Below, one piece after another: positions 1-12,424 of a stretch of 64,000 nucleotides of DNA. Both the position numbers and the translations under genes were made by a program. Source of the DNA: Octopus sinensis (lineage: Eukaryota); NCBI RefSeq assembly GCF_006345805.1, contig NC_042999.1:2294001-2358000 (forward strand), given 5' to 3'. Each line of letters begins with the position of its first letter. Positions within the stretch are counted from its first letter, which is position 1. The notes beneath the pieces were generated by a model that was not told where the DNA came from, did not search any database, and was given only the letters and a program-made list of their open reading frames with translations.

Positions 1-413
1 TATATATATATATGCACAATAATGCAATAATGTGATAAAGCTTGTTGTTAAAGGAAACGAATTGATGAAAAGTACTTGCTGAGTATATATATATTGGTCA
101 GTGATACGCCTACACACATATAAGCAATGCTAAGATATTTACAAACAGCACAAAGACTTCAATTATACCAGTATATAAATTAACTTCGTACAAATATCAG
201 TTCTGTATAATGTGGGTGGTATGCTGCTCAAATTGTCATAGCAACACTTTGTAAATTTGACCTATATTTTTTTATTGTTCCAGAATTCTGACATTAGAAT
301 ATGACCAAATACGCTTACTTTCATTTCTTGCTCTGTTCTTTAATACAGTTTAAACTTATAATTTGATATATTAGATTATTGGCAATAAATTCTAAGAATT
401 CTTTCTTTGACAG

Positions 414-453
414 TTACAAAGAACAGCATAAAGATGGAACACCATATTTGCAG
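414..453 (+). CDS. Candidate 40-nt internal exon of an unidentified host gene (xYKEQHKDGTPYLQ)
   Basis: Acceptor ttctttctttgacag (AG 412-413), donor CAG|gtgaac, open frame in non-repetitive DNA. Protein not recognised. Confidence 0.4.
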
Positions 454-957
454 GTGAACTCTGCAGTATTAGTTCAATTTAGGTTCAGAGTTTATTGGAA
501 TCGGTGCATTCTAATTTATCATGTTATTCTCAATATGATAATTTGTTGCATGTCAAAGAAGGGGTTAAGTTGAATAGTACTGAGTCTTGAAAAAAAACAA
601 AATGGAACAGAATCAGTGAAGTGAGAAGAACATCTAATGTAGGAAGTTTGTGAAGCAATTTAGCTTTTGTCATCAGTGTTGTTGTTCTAGTTATTTAGCC
701 CTGGGTTTAGCATTTTCCCTATGTCACATCCTTTCACACCTAGTTTATTTCATATCCTTTCACATCCTATCACATCCTTTCAGACCTAGTTTATTTCAGA
801 CTACATCTGTAGTTCTCAACCGGAGTTCATATGACACCTGAGGTTTCATATAATTTTTTTTTGGTGGAGTGGATGAACACAAGCAAAATAGTGAATTAGT
901 TGTCCACAGAAGTATACTAAATGACCAAGGAAAATATTTTCTGTGCATGTAGACATA

Positions 958-1110
958 GGAGTGGCTGTGTGGTAAGTAGCTTGTTTAACAACCACATGGT
1001 CCTGGGCTCAGTCACACTGTGTGGTACATTGGACAAGTGTCTTCTACTATAGCCTCAGGCCGACCAAAGCCTTTTGAGTGGATATGGTAGATGGAAACTG
1101 AAAGAAGACT
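958..1110 (+). mobile_element. SINE family A, left half (tRNA-like head), followed by (TA)n
   Basis: ggagtggctgtgtggtaag A-box-like head and ggcaagtgtcttctactatagcc body; homologous to full copies at 24793 and 36519. Confidence 0.85.
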
Positions 1111-1111
1111 T

Positions 1112-1122
1112 GTATATATATG

Positions 1123-1216
<94 letters not shown>
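1112..1216. repeat. (TA)n microsatellite
   Basis: Directly visible dinucleotide run. Confidence 0.98.
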
Positions 1217-1219
<3 letters not shown>

Positions 1220-1456
1220 TTGTGTGTACCTGTTTAGATTGACAAATAAAGTACTACTCCAGAACTGGACCAATTCTTCTTCCTTTGTGTTTCTCTTTAG
1301 AAAGATTTAGTGTAGCCAGCCCTGGAAAGGAGTGAACATGCCATGTCTAAAAATTCCTGAGACGGCTCTCTTATAGCTCCATGAAAATGCTGAGGACCTA
1401 CAGCATATATATATATATATAGCGGTACATAAGCCAACTGAAGAAATCTCCAGTGA

Positions 1457-1523
1457 GACTTTTTATTGGTGTACCTGAAGAGACCCAGAATGGGTCAAAG
1501 CATGTGTTGTACCCAATAAAGTC
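1457..1523 (+). ncRNA. Degenerate minimal hammerhead ribozyme (PLE-terminus relic)
   Basis: Stem I tattgg(t)gtac/gtacccaata, core CTGAAGA 1475-1481, stem II gaccc-agaat-gggtc. GAAAC is mutated to AAAGC; site GTT. Confidence 0.5.
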
Positions 1524-1675
1524 TATAACACATTCCATTTCCTATTTTATTAATATTGTTATCCCAACTGCCACTACAGAGTTCCTGCAATAAATCTATG
1601 GATAACAATAGGAAATCGAAACTGTGCCTGTGCTTTACTCATCACCTATTTATACATTTTGTACCACTTCTCCAT

Positions 1676-1707
<32 letters not shown>

Positions 1708-2334
1708 TAGGCACGGTTTGAAATTTGAATGTCTGTACTTCATTGTGCCATTTGCTAAAACTTTTGCTCATAGAAATCACTTCTATTATTATAATCACCT
1801 TTTAAATTTAATAATTGATGGGAAATATTTGTGCCTAATTATTATGCCCAGGAGTAAAGATATAAAGCATAATTAAATATAAGGAATAATTATGTTTATG
1901 TTAATGTATTTGCCTTGAAGTGTGATTATGTTTTATCGTTCTTTAATTTGAAATATTTGCATTTCGTGTTATTGCTTGATTCTGAAATTAGAATCTTTTA
2001 AAGTATTTTAAGCGAACATATTTCACATACAGACAGATAACATTGGAGGCTTTTAGTAACAGAGTGTCATAAGCACCACCCTGGCCATTTTCGAGGTTAG
2101 TGTATCATTTTTTTGTTTTGACGTCTAGAATCCGAAAAAGTTGAGAGGAAGAATTGGTGAGGCTTGCAATAAAGTAAAAAAATCTGGCTGAAATAAATGT
2201 ACCTCAACACTATTGTCACAATGCTCACTGACTCAAAGTCGGACCAGAAAGTTTCGTAACACATCATCATAAACACACACGCTCAGTCAATAACTTTAGT
2301 GTGGTCCCTCTTTCGTTTTTTAAGGTGTTATGGC

Positions 2335-2720
2335 TCATCATCATCATCATCATCATTATCATCATCGTTTAACGTCCGCTTTCCATGCTAGCATGGGTTG
2401 GATGGTTCAACTGGGGTCTGGGAAGCCCGAAGGCTGCACCAGGCCAGTCAGATCTGGCAGTGTTTCTACAGCTGGATGCCCTTCCTAACGCCAACCACTC
2501 CAAGAGTGTAGTGGGTGATTTTATGTGCCACCGACACAGGTGCCAGACGAGGCTGGCGAACGGCCATGCTCGGATGGTGTTTTTTACGTGCCACCGGCAT
2601 GGAGGCCAGTCAATGCGGTACTGGCTACGGCCACGTTCGGATGGTTTTCGTATGTGCCACCGGCACTGGTACCACATACTACAAATTCCATTAATGTTCA
2701 TCGAGTTTGCTTTTGATTTT
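2335..2720 (-). mobile_element. 5'-truncated RTE LINE 3'UTR (or RTE-tail SINE) with (GAT)n tail
   Basis: Homologous to 39377-39780, the 3'UTR of the RTE LINE in this window. Confidence 0.85.
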
Positions 2721-2809
2721 GTCCATTTTCTAATATTCCTCATTTCCATCATAACGATAATGGGCTATTATCTTTCTATCTTGTCTTACTTACTTCTTAA
2801 AGATACTTA

Positions 2810-3597
2810 CCTTGGTATATTAAAACATAAACAATACCCTGGGGAGGTCTCTGTATGCAATAAGCAAACCACTACTTTCAAAAACAAATGTTGCAAAGCA
2901 TTTAGAGTGGAGAAAAAACCTACAAAGGATGTTATTTTCTCAGACAAGTCATCCAGACAAGTCATTACTTTATTTCTGACCACCGACCAAGTATACGTGT
3001 GAAGACAGCCAAAAGAAGCATTTGAACCAGACTGCCTTCTTCCAGCTGTTAAACATGAAGGAGGATCTGTGATGATTTGGGGGGGGGGGCTATATCTTGG
3101 AAATCCGCTGGCCCAATGGTTTTCCTTCAATGGCAGAATTAATAGTGAAGACTATTTAAGCATTTTATCTGATCAAATTCATCCTATGGTTGTAGAACAG
3201 TTTCCAAGGGGAAGCGCAATCTTTCAGGATGATAATGCACCAATTCACACAGCTGAATATGTTACTGAATGGCATGTGGAACGTTCTAGGGAAGTTGAAC
3301 ATCTTATCTGGCCACCACAGTCCCCAGATCTCGATATTATTGAACATTTATGGTGCATTTTTTAAAAACAAAGCAAGTAAGGAGTTGATACCCGCTCTAC
3401 CATCATCACTTCAAGAACTGGAGACTGTTTTAGCTGAAGACTGGGCAAAAATTCCTTTGGAAACAATTCAAACTTTGTACAAGTCCATACCTCATAAAAT
3501 TCAAGCTCTAATTACTGCCAAAGGTGGTTCTGCCCCATATTAAAATGAATTTGTTTGAAAATTTAAGGTGTTTCCATTATTTTGTCCAACCCCTGTA
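2810..3597 (+). mobile_element. 5'-truncated, frameshifted Tc1-like DNA transposon (DD36E spacing) with right terminal inverted repeat (TIR)
   Basis: Motifs VIFSD, VKHEGGSVMIWG, IFQDDNAPIH and WPPQSPDLDIIEHLW; terminus ...ttttgtccaacccctg followed by TA. Confidence 0.9.
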
Positions 3598-4660
3598 TGT
3601 ACAACTTTACAGAATCATTTCTGCTAAAAAAAATTTTTTTTTTTTTATCTCATGGTACATTATATAGAATACATCTGTTTATTTTGAACTACTTACCTAT
3701 TTATAAGATTTTTTTCTAAAATAGGTAGCTTTAATTTTGTTATGCTTTTTGCATAGATATTACATGTAGAATGACATTTATTAAGCATTCTGTAGAATTC
3801 AGTTTATCCAGATTTGAATCTTGTAGTTTATTAAAATAGAAATTTCCCAAGCTTAATCCAGTATTCTTACGTTGCATGTGGTAAGTGAGAGATAGGCTGG
3901 GGACATGATAAGATAGTTAACGTGCAATATATTTAAAATTTTTCATTTCTCAGCATTTCCTGTTACTAACCATTCAACCATACATCAAAATTGGCTGGAA
4001 TGCATTCTAAAGCATCAGTCAAGTACGCTAAAGAACGCACAGTTAACAGCTTTGCTCGGAGCTACAACACGATAACTTCTCCAGCTCATGACCTTTGCGT
4101 TTGGCAATGATTTAGTTATCTGTAAGTCTGTTCATTATATAATATTTTGTGCCTAAGGAAATTTGTTAAGGTATAAAACACTTTGAAGCAGTCGTAGAGA
4201 AGTTTAACTTCATTCACTTCAAGAAAATATGACACAGGAAACATGTGTGTGTACTTACATATATAGGTGTGTGTGTGTATCTAATTTTGCTAAGTAATAG
4301 CAAAAATTCCATCAACATAAAGTTCTCAAGGAAGTTTCATATTGCAAGGATATAATTCAAAAACTGATGCTATAAATTACTTTGGTAAAATGTTTAAGAC
4401 AAGTTGTTGATAGATCTCTGCCCTTCAGAACTATTCCCTTCATATTCAGAAATGAAAGCTTTCTCAGTGATTCATTGTAAGTGAGTGAGAGTTGGTGACA
4501 GGAAGAGCACCCAGCTGTAGAATATCTGTCAAATCCATGCAACCATAGAAAAGTGGAAGTTAAAACCATGGTGATGACGATGATGACATCTAAAGTATGT
4601 AAGATTATCAATGTGCTTCCCAACTTCCATAGGGCAGCTTATTTACTGGGTATGTTCATC

Positions 4661-4894
4661 GTTAAGGCGGCGAGCTGGCAGAACCGTTAGCGTGCTGGAC
4701 GAAATGCTTAGCGGTATTTCGTCTGCCACTATGTTCTGAGTTCAAATTCCGCCGAGGTCGACTTTGCCTTTCATCCTTTCGGGGTCGATTAAATAAGTAC
4801 CAGTTACACACTGGGGTCGATAAAATCGACTTAATCCGTTTGTCTGTCCTTGTTTGTCCTCTCTGTGTTTAGCCCCTTGTGGGTAGTAAAGAAA
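4661..4894 (+). mobile_element. SINE family B monomer (tRNA-like head plus gcctttcatcctttcggggtcgat core) with 14-bp TSD
   Basis: TSD tgggtatgttcatc at 4647-4660 and 4895-4908; B-box-like gagttcaaattcc. Confidence 0.9.
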
Positions 4895-5149
4895 TGGGTA
4901 TGTTCATCATATCTAAAGGATTCGAACCAGAAGCTTAGTTTCTAAATAACACTTAATAATGCTCTCGTACACAAAACCACTGTACTTATTCTATTGGTCT
5001 CTTTTGCTGAACCGCTAAATCACTCACTATACTCTCGGAGTATGGGTTGGAGATTAAAATGGTTACATATGATGTCCAGCAATGAGTAAAACTCATTGAA
5101 TTTTTCTATTCCAGTGAAAGATCAATTATTCAAACTCAGAGAAAATACC

Positions 5150-5479
5150 AGCAACATTTTACTGTCAGAGTATCTCCTAGCAATGACAGGATTCGGAACC
5201 TAATCAACCAGTTTGAAAGAACTGGATCAGCCGGCAATCTTCCGGAAAGAGGCCCTAAGTGGCAGAAGTTGTGTGGCAGAGTCTCTTTGAGGATCCGTCA
5301 GCCTCTACTCATCATTGCTCTGCTCAACTAGGCATCACCAGAGCATCACTTCAGAAGATTCTGAAACTGGACTTAAAAACTGTTTCCATCCAAATAAAAT
5401 AATTTAAAAAATTTTTTTAAAACGTGTTTGTAAGGGTCATTTTTGTTTTATATCATTCAGTCTTTCAGTGGTCACCCTG
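5150..5479 (+). mobile_element. Internally deleted IS630-Tc1-mariner relic (maT/DD37-like N-terminus plus right TIR)
   Basis: Translates to PSNDRIRNLINQFERTGS...AESLFEDPSAST...QLGITRASLQKILKLDLK; ends in ggtcaccctg. Confidence 0.6.
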
Positions 5480-5884
5480 AATATACACACACACATACGC
5501 ACACTCACGCATACGTAAGGTAATACTTCTCATAATTCCAGTCTATTCAGTTGGCACAAGTGAATTGTACCCATATTTCAAAGGGGCTGACCATGTCACA
5601 TTCTGTGTTTCGCTGAATCTCCCTGTGAGGTTCACAAGTAAGTGGATCATCTGAAACAGCACTCGTCCTAAACAACAGAATGCTAGCTGTAAAATGGATG
5701 CGTGTATATTCCAGGATGCCATGTCTTATGGATTTAGCTTCATCAGGGTTGACCTGGGGCTAAACAACAAGACTAACAACAAAGTTATTTAAATATTATC
5801 CTGTTTTTATGTGGTAGACATTTTCTTTTGTATATATACATATGTGTATGTGTGAGTGTGTCTATGTATGCATATATGCATGTA

Positions 5885-6477
5885 TGTGTGTATGTATGTA
5901 TGTATGTCATTATTCAGTTTATTTGAAGATTGCTTGCCAATAAGGAAAGAACCGGTTCCTAACCTAGATCCAAGGTTCCTTAACTGGAATTTCAACATCA
6001 ACAACAAGGTATTTTGTATGTATGCATATGTGCAGATGTATATGCTTTGCTTTATGTATGTATTCTCATGCATATAGTTACATATCTAGACATGCTCATA
6101 TATATATATATCTAAATGATAACCTTCTGGAAACATTTACCGACTTTTATAGTTCCAGTGATGGATTGCATCTGTAGTCTTCAAATTAGCTTTCTCCAAG
6201 ATTGGTTTTGAGAAGCCTAATTTCCCAAGATTAGTGTTTAGGCATTGTTTTACACATCCCAGGGTCCCATGCATGTATGTGCGTGTGTTATTATTCAGTT
6301 TATTTCAAGATATCTTGCCAATAGAGAATGAACTGGTTTCTAACCTAGATCCAAACTTCCTTCACTGGAATTTCAACATCAACAACAGTGTATTTTTATT
6401 TGTATGTATGTATGTATGTATGTGCAAATTTGTATGTTTTATGTATGTATTCTCATGCATATAGTTACATATCTAGT
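5885..6477. repeat. Two diverged direct copies of a ~190-bp repeat
   Basis: ttattcagtttattt...cctagatcca...aacatcaacaac...gcatatagttacatatctag at ~5890-6090 and ~6290-6477. Confidence 0.8.
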
Positions 6478-6959
6478 ATGTATGTATGAATTGTGTTGCA
6501 TTGTATTGTATAAATTTCCATCTCTATTTCAAAGAATAAAGAACATATTTTCTCTAGAAGTTATAGGTTTTACATCTTGATTCATTCTTTGTTGTTTCTT
6601 CCTCTTTTTCATGCCATTCAATTTCGAGAGTTTCTTTCACTCTTACGCAATTTTCCCGAGTTAAATTCTTTTTGTGTCATGCAGATAACAACATCAGAAT
6701 GTGTTGTAACCCTGAAGACTTAGAGGTCAGCATGACCCAAGAAAGAAGGAGTGAACTTGGAAGGCAGAAAGGAAAGTATGGCTAGTTACTGTATTGACAT
6801 TGTATGAGGTTTAAATCGCTTCACTGGCTACGGTATCCTCCATCAAGAATTTGTTTGTTGTAGATAAACACATTGGGTGTGTGTATGTCAAAAGTCTGTA
6901 CGAGAGTCGTGGAAACTATAAACGTAAATGTAATAGGATAATGTGTGCAGATGTATGAA

Positions 6960-7013
6960 TGTATATATTTATATGAGCATCATTTATATATATAAAGTGT
7001 GCATGTGTATATG

Positions 7014-7065
<52 letters not shown>

Positions 7066-7166
7066 CCAATATATATATATATATATGTGTAATTACATAT
7101 ACATATACACATATATATATATATATACCAAAATATATATATATGTAATTACATATACATATATAT

Positions 7167-7211
<45 letters not shown>

Positions 7212-7496
7212 CATACATATAGATATGTATGTGGGTTTAGAAAATATACAAAAAATGTAAGCATACACAAATCGCGTATATATATATATATATGTATATA
7301 TACCCACGCACACACACACACAGAAGCACACATATATGTATGTATACATTATTATATACAGAGATAGATAGATACATACATACGTTCTTACATACACACT
7401 CACACACATAGATTAATTGAATCATTATGCATATGCCCTAAATATAAATAAGCATACACAAATTTTGTACCTATATATACATTTGTGTGTGTGTAA

Positions 7497-7529
<33 letters not shown>

Positions 7530-7559
7530 TATATAGTTACATAAATACACTTGCATGTG

Positions 7560-7607
<48 letters not shown>

Positions 7608-7923
7608 CATGTATGTATGCTTGCATTTTCAGTAGTCAATGTACACTCATAGGTACAACAGTAAATACAGAAAAAGCGCATTTGCATCAGTGGACAATCT
7701 CTAGAAAATGTGATGCATGACCCTTCAATGTCAGGATAGAGTTGCAGATAGTAAGATATGGAAATCCACCACGTACAAAATGGTGCATAAGAAAATATGA
7801 TAACTTCAGTAGGATGGGTAAAAATAGAACTTAACTGTATCTCCTATAAACTGTGCGTACATGTTTACAAACTTATCTGTGCATGTATATGTGTGTGTGT
7901 GTGTGTGTGTGTGCTTGTTGGAG

Positions 7924-7987
<64 letters not shown>

Positions 7988-8419
7988 TATATATTATATA
8001 TATATATATAGGTGTGTATATTTGTATGTGTATGTGTACATGTATGCCTGTATGTATGAATGAATGACTATATTCAAACATACAGCATACACATAGACAC
8101 ATGCAAATACACACATCCACACGCTCACACACATGCAACATGAATGCCTCAGTGTGTTCCTATATAAGTAAATGTGTTTGTTTGTGTGTGTCTGCATGTT
8201 TCTATCTTTGTAATTACATATACATAGAATTATATATATATATATACGCATATCTTTATATATGTATTATGTATATATATATGTATGCATGTATGTGTGT
8301 GTGTATATATATATATATATGAATATGTATATATATATATATATATACACATATATATATACATATACATTTATATATATATATATACATATATACACAT
8401 ATATATATATACATACATA
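6960..8419. repeat. Compound (TA)n/(CA)n/(TACA)n low-complexity block
   Basis: Directly visible. Confidence 0.9.
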
Positions 8420-8516
8420 TATAAAATATTATTAGAGACAAAACCACTATTTTGCAAAACAAACAAGGAAAGACTTAATCAATACATAAAATTTTAATAA
8501 ATAGTCAAAAAAACCG

Positions 8517-8559
8517 CCACTACAATCGTTTCTTGTCTTGATCGACAATCTTCAGGTGG
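8517..8559 (-). ncRNA. Minimal type I hammerhead ribozyme (mirror copy)
   Basis: Exact reverse complement of 8594-8636. Confidence 0.8.
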
Positions 8560-8593
8560 ACTTCCAATAATTCAATGTCAAATTATTGGAAGT

Positions 8594-8636
8594 CCACCTG
8601 AAGATTGTCGATCAAGACAAGAAACGATTGTAGTGG
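8594..8636 (+). ncRNA. Minimal type I hammerhead ribozyme
   Basis: ccac CTGAAGA ttgtc-gatcaa-gacaa GAAAC gatt GTA gtgg; predicted cleavage after A8632. Confidence 0.8.
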
Positions 8637-9399
8637 CGGTTTTTTTGACTATTTATTAAAATTTTATGTATTGATTAAGTCTTTCCTTGTTTGTTTTGCA
8701 AAATAGTGGTTTTGTCTCTAATAATATTTTATAATATTTACTATATAATCGATTTAATCCTAAATCTGATTTTTTTCCCTGTAAATTTGGATTTATTCCC
8801 TAATATTTATTATTTACATACATATATATATATATATATATACATACATACATACATATATATATATATTTATATATATATATTTATATGAATATGTACA
8901 TATAATGCGATAAAGTGTATTTCATGGAATTTTAATTGTTACTCTGAGTATCATAGCCAATTGGTTGACTAATTAGCGAATCACTAGACAACGATGACTT
9001 GGCCATCGATCTTAGCTTATCCGAAAACAAACAGGGATACTTTATCAAAATATAATGATTTTCTGGCGTGCATAATTACTCCAATATCATTATCATTGAT
9101 AATACAATGTTGCCTACTGAATTCCAGTGAATTAGCAGAGGAATTTGAAATAGGAGGATAGAACTCAACAATGCCTAGTTGAGTACACTATCAGCTAATA
9201 TTATTCATCATGCTAAAGTTAAATTAACTAACCAATATATTATTACTATTATTCATACAGGTTAAAGGTAATAGCATGCCAGATAATGACATTCTTTTCT
9301 GCATGTTAGCAAACACAAGGTTAGAGATATCAAAAACACAAACACCCATCTTTATATATAAAGCTGAAGTTGTTTGTGTGTGTCTGGCAGTTTTGGTAG

Positions 9400-9748
9400 C
9401 CTCCAACTAACACTATTCCTCCGTGACCCCGCGGTGCAAGTTGACCAAAATTGAGAGTATGATAGAAGAAGGCTTGCTCTTCATTTCGTAGAAGAAAAAT
9501 TTCAAATCGAACCATGTTAAGACCAAAAATTCTTTACATCAAAAAGGTGCTTTTTTACTCTGAGAATCCCTATTTTTAAGAGTTTCTGACTGCTGTGTCG
9601 CCATTTTTCGGTGTATTTCAACCAGAAAAATGTTCACTTAAAGAGAATAACAAGCTACATAATGCAAAAATTTTTACTTTTCAAAAATTTCAATTCTAAA
9701 GGGTCCAAAAGAAAATAAACCCGAGCAACGCAGAGCTATACTGCTAGT
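9400..9748. mobile_element. Possible non-autonomous Helitron/Helentron-type element
   Basis: Terminus aacccgagcaacgcagagctatactgctagt resembles hairpin-plus-CTAGT ends; the other boundary is uncertain. Confidence 0.35.
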
Positions 9749-10202
9749 ATAATTATATATTGGAGTTTATTTCATCTTCTAATGTATTTTGGAACTAAAT
9801 CAATGTCTCATTGTAGAATCATTGTCACCATATAAAGCAGACATGCTCTGATTTATGCAATTTTAATATATTAATTCTTGTTATTAATAATTCATAATAT
9901 CCTGTAGCTTTTTAAGAGATTCATGCGTAATAATTTCATACTAATATCATCAAATGAATAATCATGTAATATCTTTGAGATATTCTATAGTGGGGGGTGG
10001 GAGTGAGGTGGCATCACTAGTTTTAACATCAGTCAACTAATTGAATCCAGGTTCATTTCAAGTTTCAATTTCAAAGCTGTAAATAACAGATGGAGGCAAC
10101 ATGTTAAACAGATGATATACAGAATCTGCCTCCAAATAGATTCTCCTGCTAATCTTATATAACAGAGGTAGTTATGATTCCCATTGAAAAATTATTTATC
10201 AG

Positions 10203-10478
10203 AACAAGTCCTTTCCGTTCTGGTGGCACGTAAAAAGCACCAACCGATCGTGGCCATTGCCAACCTCCTCTGGCCCCTGTGCTGGTGGCATGTAAAAAGC
10301 ACCCACTATACTGACAGAGTGGTTGATGTTAGGAAGGGCATCCAGCTGTAGAAACACTGCCAGATCAGACTGGAGCCTGCTACAGCCTCCTGGTTTTCCA
10401 GACTCCGGTCGAACCGTCCAACCCATGCTAGCATGGAAAACAGACGTTAAACGATGATGATGATGATGATGATGATGA
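10203..10478 (+). mobile_element. RTE 3'UTR fragment with (GAT)n tail
   Basis: Same family as 39377-39780, opposite orientation. Confidence 0.85.
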
Positions 10479-10590
10479 AGTTCACCGTTATTAAGTTCCC
10501 CGACATGGCCAAGACAAGATTGGATTACTGAGTTCAAAAAATTAATGAAACAGAAAAGAAAAACTGTTTTTCATTCATCTGTTTCTTCAG

Positions 10591-10642
10591 ACTCGCATGC
10601 CTGATGGAATTCGCTGTGATCCCTGGCATTCCTTTACTTATG
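10591..10642 (+). CDS. Candidate 52-nt exon (TRMPDGIRCDPWHSFTY)
   Basis: Strong acceptor ttttcattcatctgtttcttcag, donor TG|gtgaca; in phase with 414-453. Confidence 0.4.
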
Positions 10643-10664
10643 GTGACAATTGTTCCAGCTGATC

Positions 10665-11045
10665 ATGGCGCCCCGTCGATTACGACGATGTGGGTTCCAG
10701 TTGAACCGATAAACGGAACAACCAGCTCGTGAAATTAATCTGCAAGTGGTTGAGTATTCCACAGATATGTATACTCTTAATGTAGTTCTCGGGGAGATTC
10801 AGAGTGACACAGAATGTGACAAGGCTGGCCCCTTTGAAATGCAGGCACAAGAGAAACAGGAAGAAAGAGTGAGAAAAAGTTGTGGTGAAAGAGTACAGCG
10901 GGGTTCACCACCAGCCCTTGCTGGAGCCTCATGGAACTTTAGGTGTTTTCACTCAATAAATATTCACAATGCCCAGTCTGGGAATCGAAACTGCGATCCT
11001 ACAACAGTGAGTCCGCTACCCTAACCACTGGGCCATTGCACCTTC
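10665..11045 (-). mobile_element. SINE family C (tRNA-like head ggaggcgcaatggcccagtggttag), near full length, diverged
   Basis: Reverse complement of 46716/55068/55521 copies, including the long tail. Confidence 0.8.
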
Positions 11046-11627
11046 TCCAGCTGATGTGATCAACGGAACAGCCTGCTTGTGAAATTAACGTGCAAGCGGC
11101 TGAGTACTTCATAGACATGCGTACCCTTAACGTATTCAAGAAAATATTCTAGAGTCTATGAAGTGTAATTTTATGGAAGGGACAAACCGTGACTGGATTT
11201 ATATAAACAGCGCCATCTATGTATTACGAAATGTACATTAGAAAACACATGCTAATAGAAGTTTTGTCTGTTAAAAGAAATGCTGAAGCATACAGAAGAA
11301 CAGAAAAGTTATATTTTCTAACGTCTTCAAGAAATTTATACACAAGAGAAATAACATCTTCTAGACATCTGTAATCTTCATTTCCCAGTTGAGCCAAGTT
11401 TCTGGAATAACAACAGATTATTGTATGAGCTAACTGTTATGGTTTTAATACAGGCAGCATTTTTGCTGATTAACCCCAGCTACTCCTTAATGGCACAAAC
11501 CTATAATCAAATCCTTTGATTCATGGTCACAGCATCTTATTTACAGAATACAACTATTACTGTCTTCTGCCCATAAAAAAGCAATTTGCGACAGAGGTTA
11601 GCCATGGTGTATGGTATTCAAAAATAT

Positions 11628-12228
11628 AAGGCGGTGAGATGGCAGAAACGTTAGCATGCCTGGCGAAATGCTTAGCAGTATTTCGTCTATTGCTACGTTC
11701 TGAGTTCAAATTCCGTCCAGGTCAACTTTACCTTTCATCCTTTCGGGGTCGATAAACTAAGTACCAATTACGCACTAGGGTCGATATAATCGACTTAATC
11801 CGTTTGTCTGTCCTTGTTTGTCCTCCCTGTGTTTAGCCCCTTGTGGGTAGTAAAGAAATAGGTATTTTGTCTGCCGCTATGTTCTGAGTTCAAATTCCGC
11901 CGAGGTCGACATTGCCTTTCATCCTTTCGGGGTTGATAAATTAAGTACCAGTTACGCACTGGGGTCGATATAATCGACTTAATCCGTTTGTCTGTCCTTG
12001 TTTGTCCCCTCTGTGTTTAGCCACTTGTGGGTAGTAAAGAAATAGGTATTTCATCAGCGGTTACGTTCTGAGTTCAAATTCCACCAAGGTCGACTTTGCC
12101 TTTCATCCTTCCGGGGTTGATAAATTAAGTACCAGTTATGCACTGGGGTCGATATAATCGACTTAATCTCTTTGTCTGTCCTTGTTTGTCCTCTCTGTGT
12201 TTAGCCCCTTGTGGATAGTAAAGATATA
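11628..12228 (+). mobile_element. SINE B trimer: one head plus three 184-bp units
   Basis: Units start at 11678, 11862 and 12046; degenerate 18-bp TSD (15/18) at 11606-11623 and 12229-12246. Confidence 0.9.
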
Positions 12229-12380
12229 GGTATATGATATTTAAAATCTGCTAATATTAGTATAGATATTTGATTATGTAGGGAAGATGGGTTGGCAGAC
12301 TCGCACCCCTCAGTAGCTATTTATTAAATAGACTTAGAATATATCTAATTTGTTCAATGATTTCAGTCTTAAAATTACAG

Positions 12381-12424
12381 TTTCAATGAATATATTTCGG
12401 CGTAATTTTGTTACCAAGGCTGAG
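12381..12424 (+). CDS. Candidate 44-nt exon (xSMNIFRRNFVTKAE)
   Basis: ttacag acceptor with a weak pyrimidine tract, donor GAG|gtagtt; in phase with 10591-10642. Confidence 0.3.

Larger units (their letters stand above)
8420..8805. mobile_element. Fold-back hammerhead element 1 (PLE-terminus-like): perfect 153-bp inverted repeat, 8-nt spacer, ~70-bp extension of the right arm
   Basis: 8420-8572 is the exact reverse complement of 8581-8733; flanked by TA-rich microsatellite on both sides. Confidence 0.85.

Noticed and set aside
3950-4125. Exon-like island with splice signals on both strands
   Set aside because: Several alternative readings exist, and none could be tied in phase to the other candidate exons.
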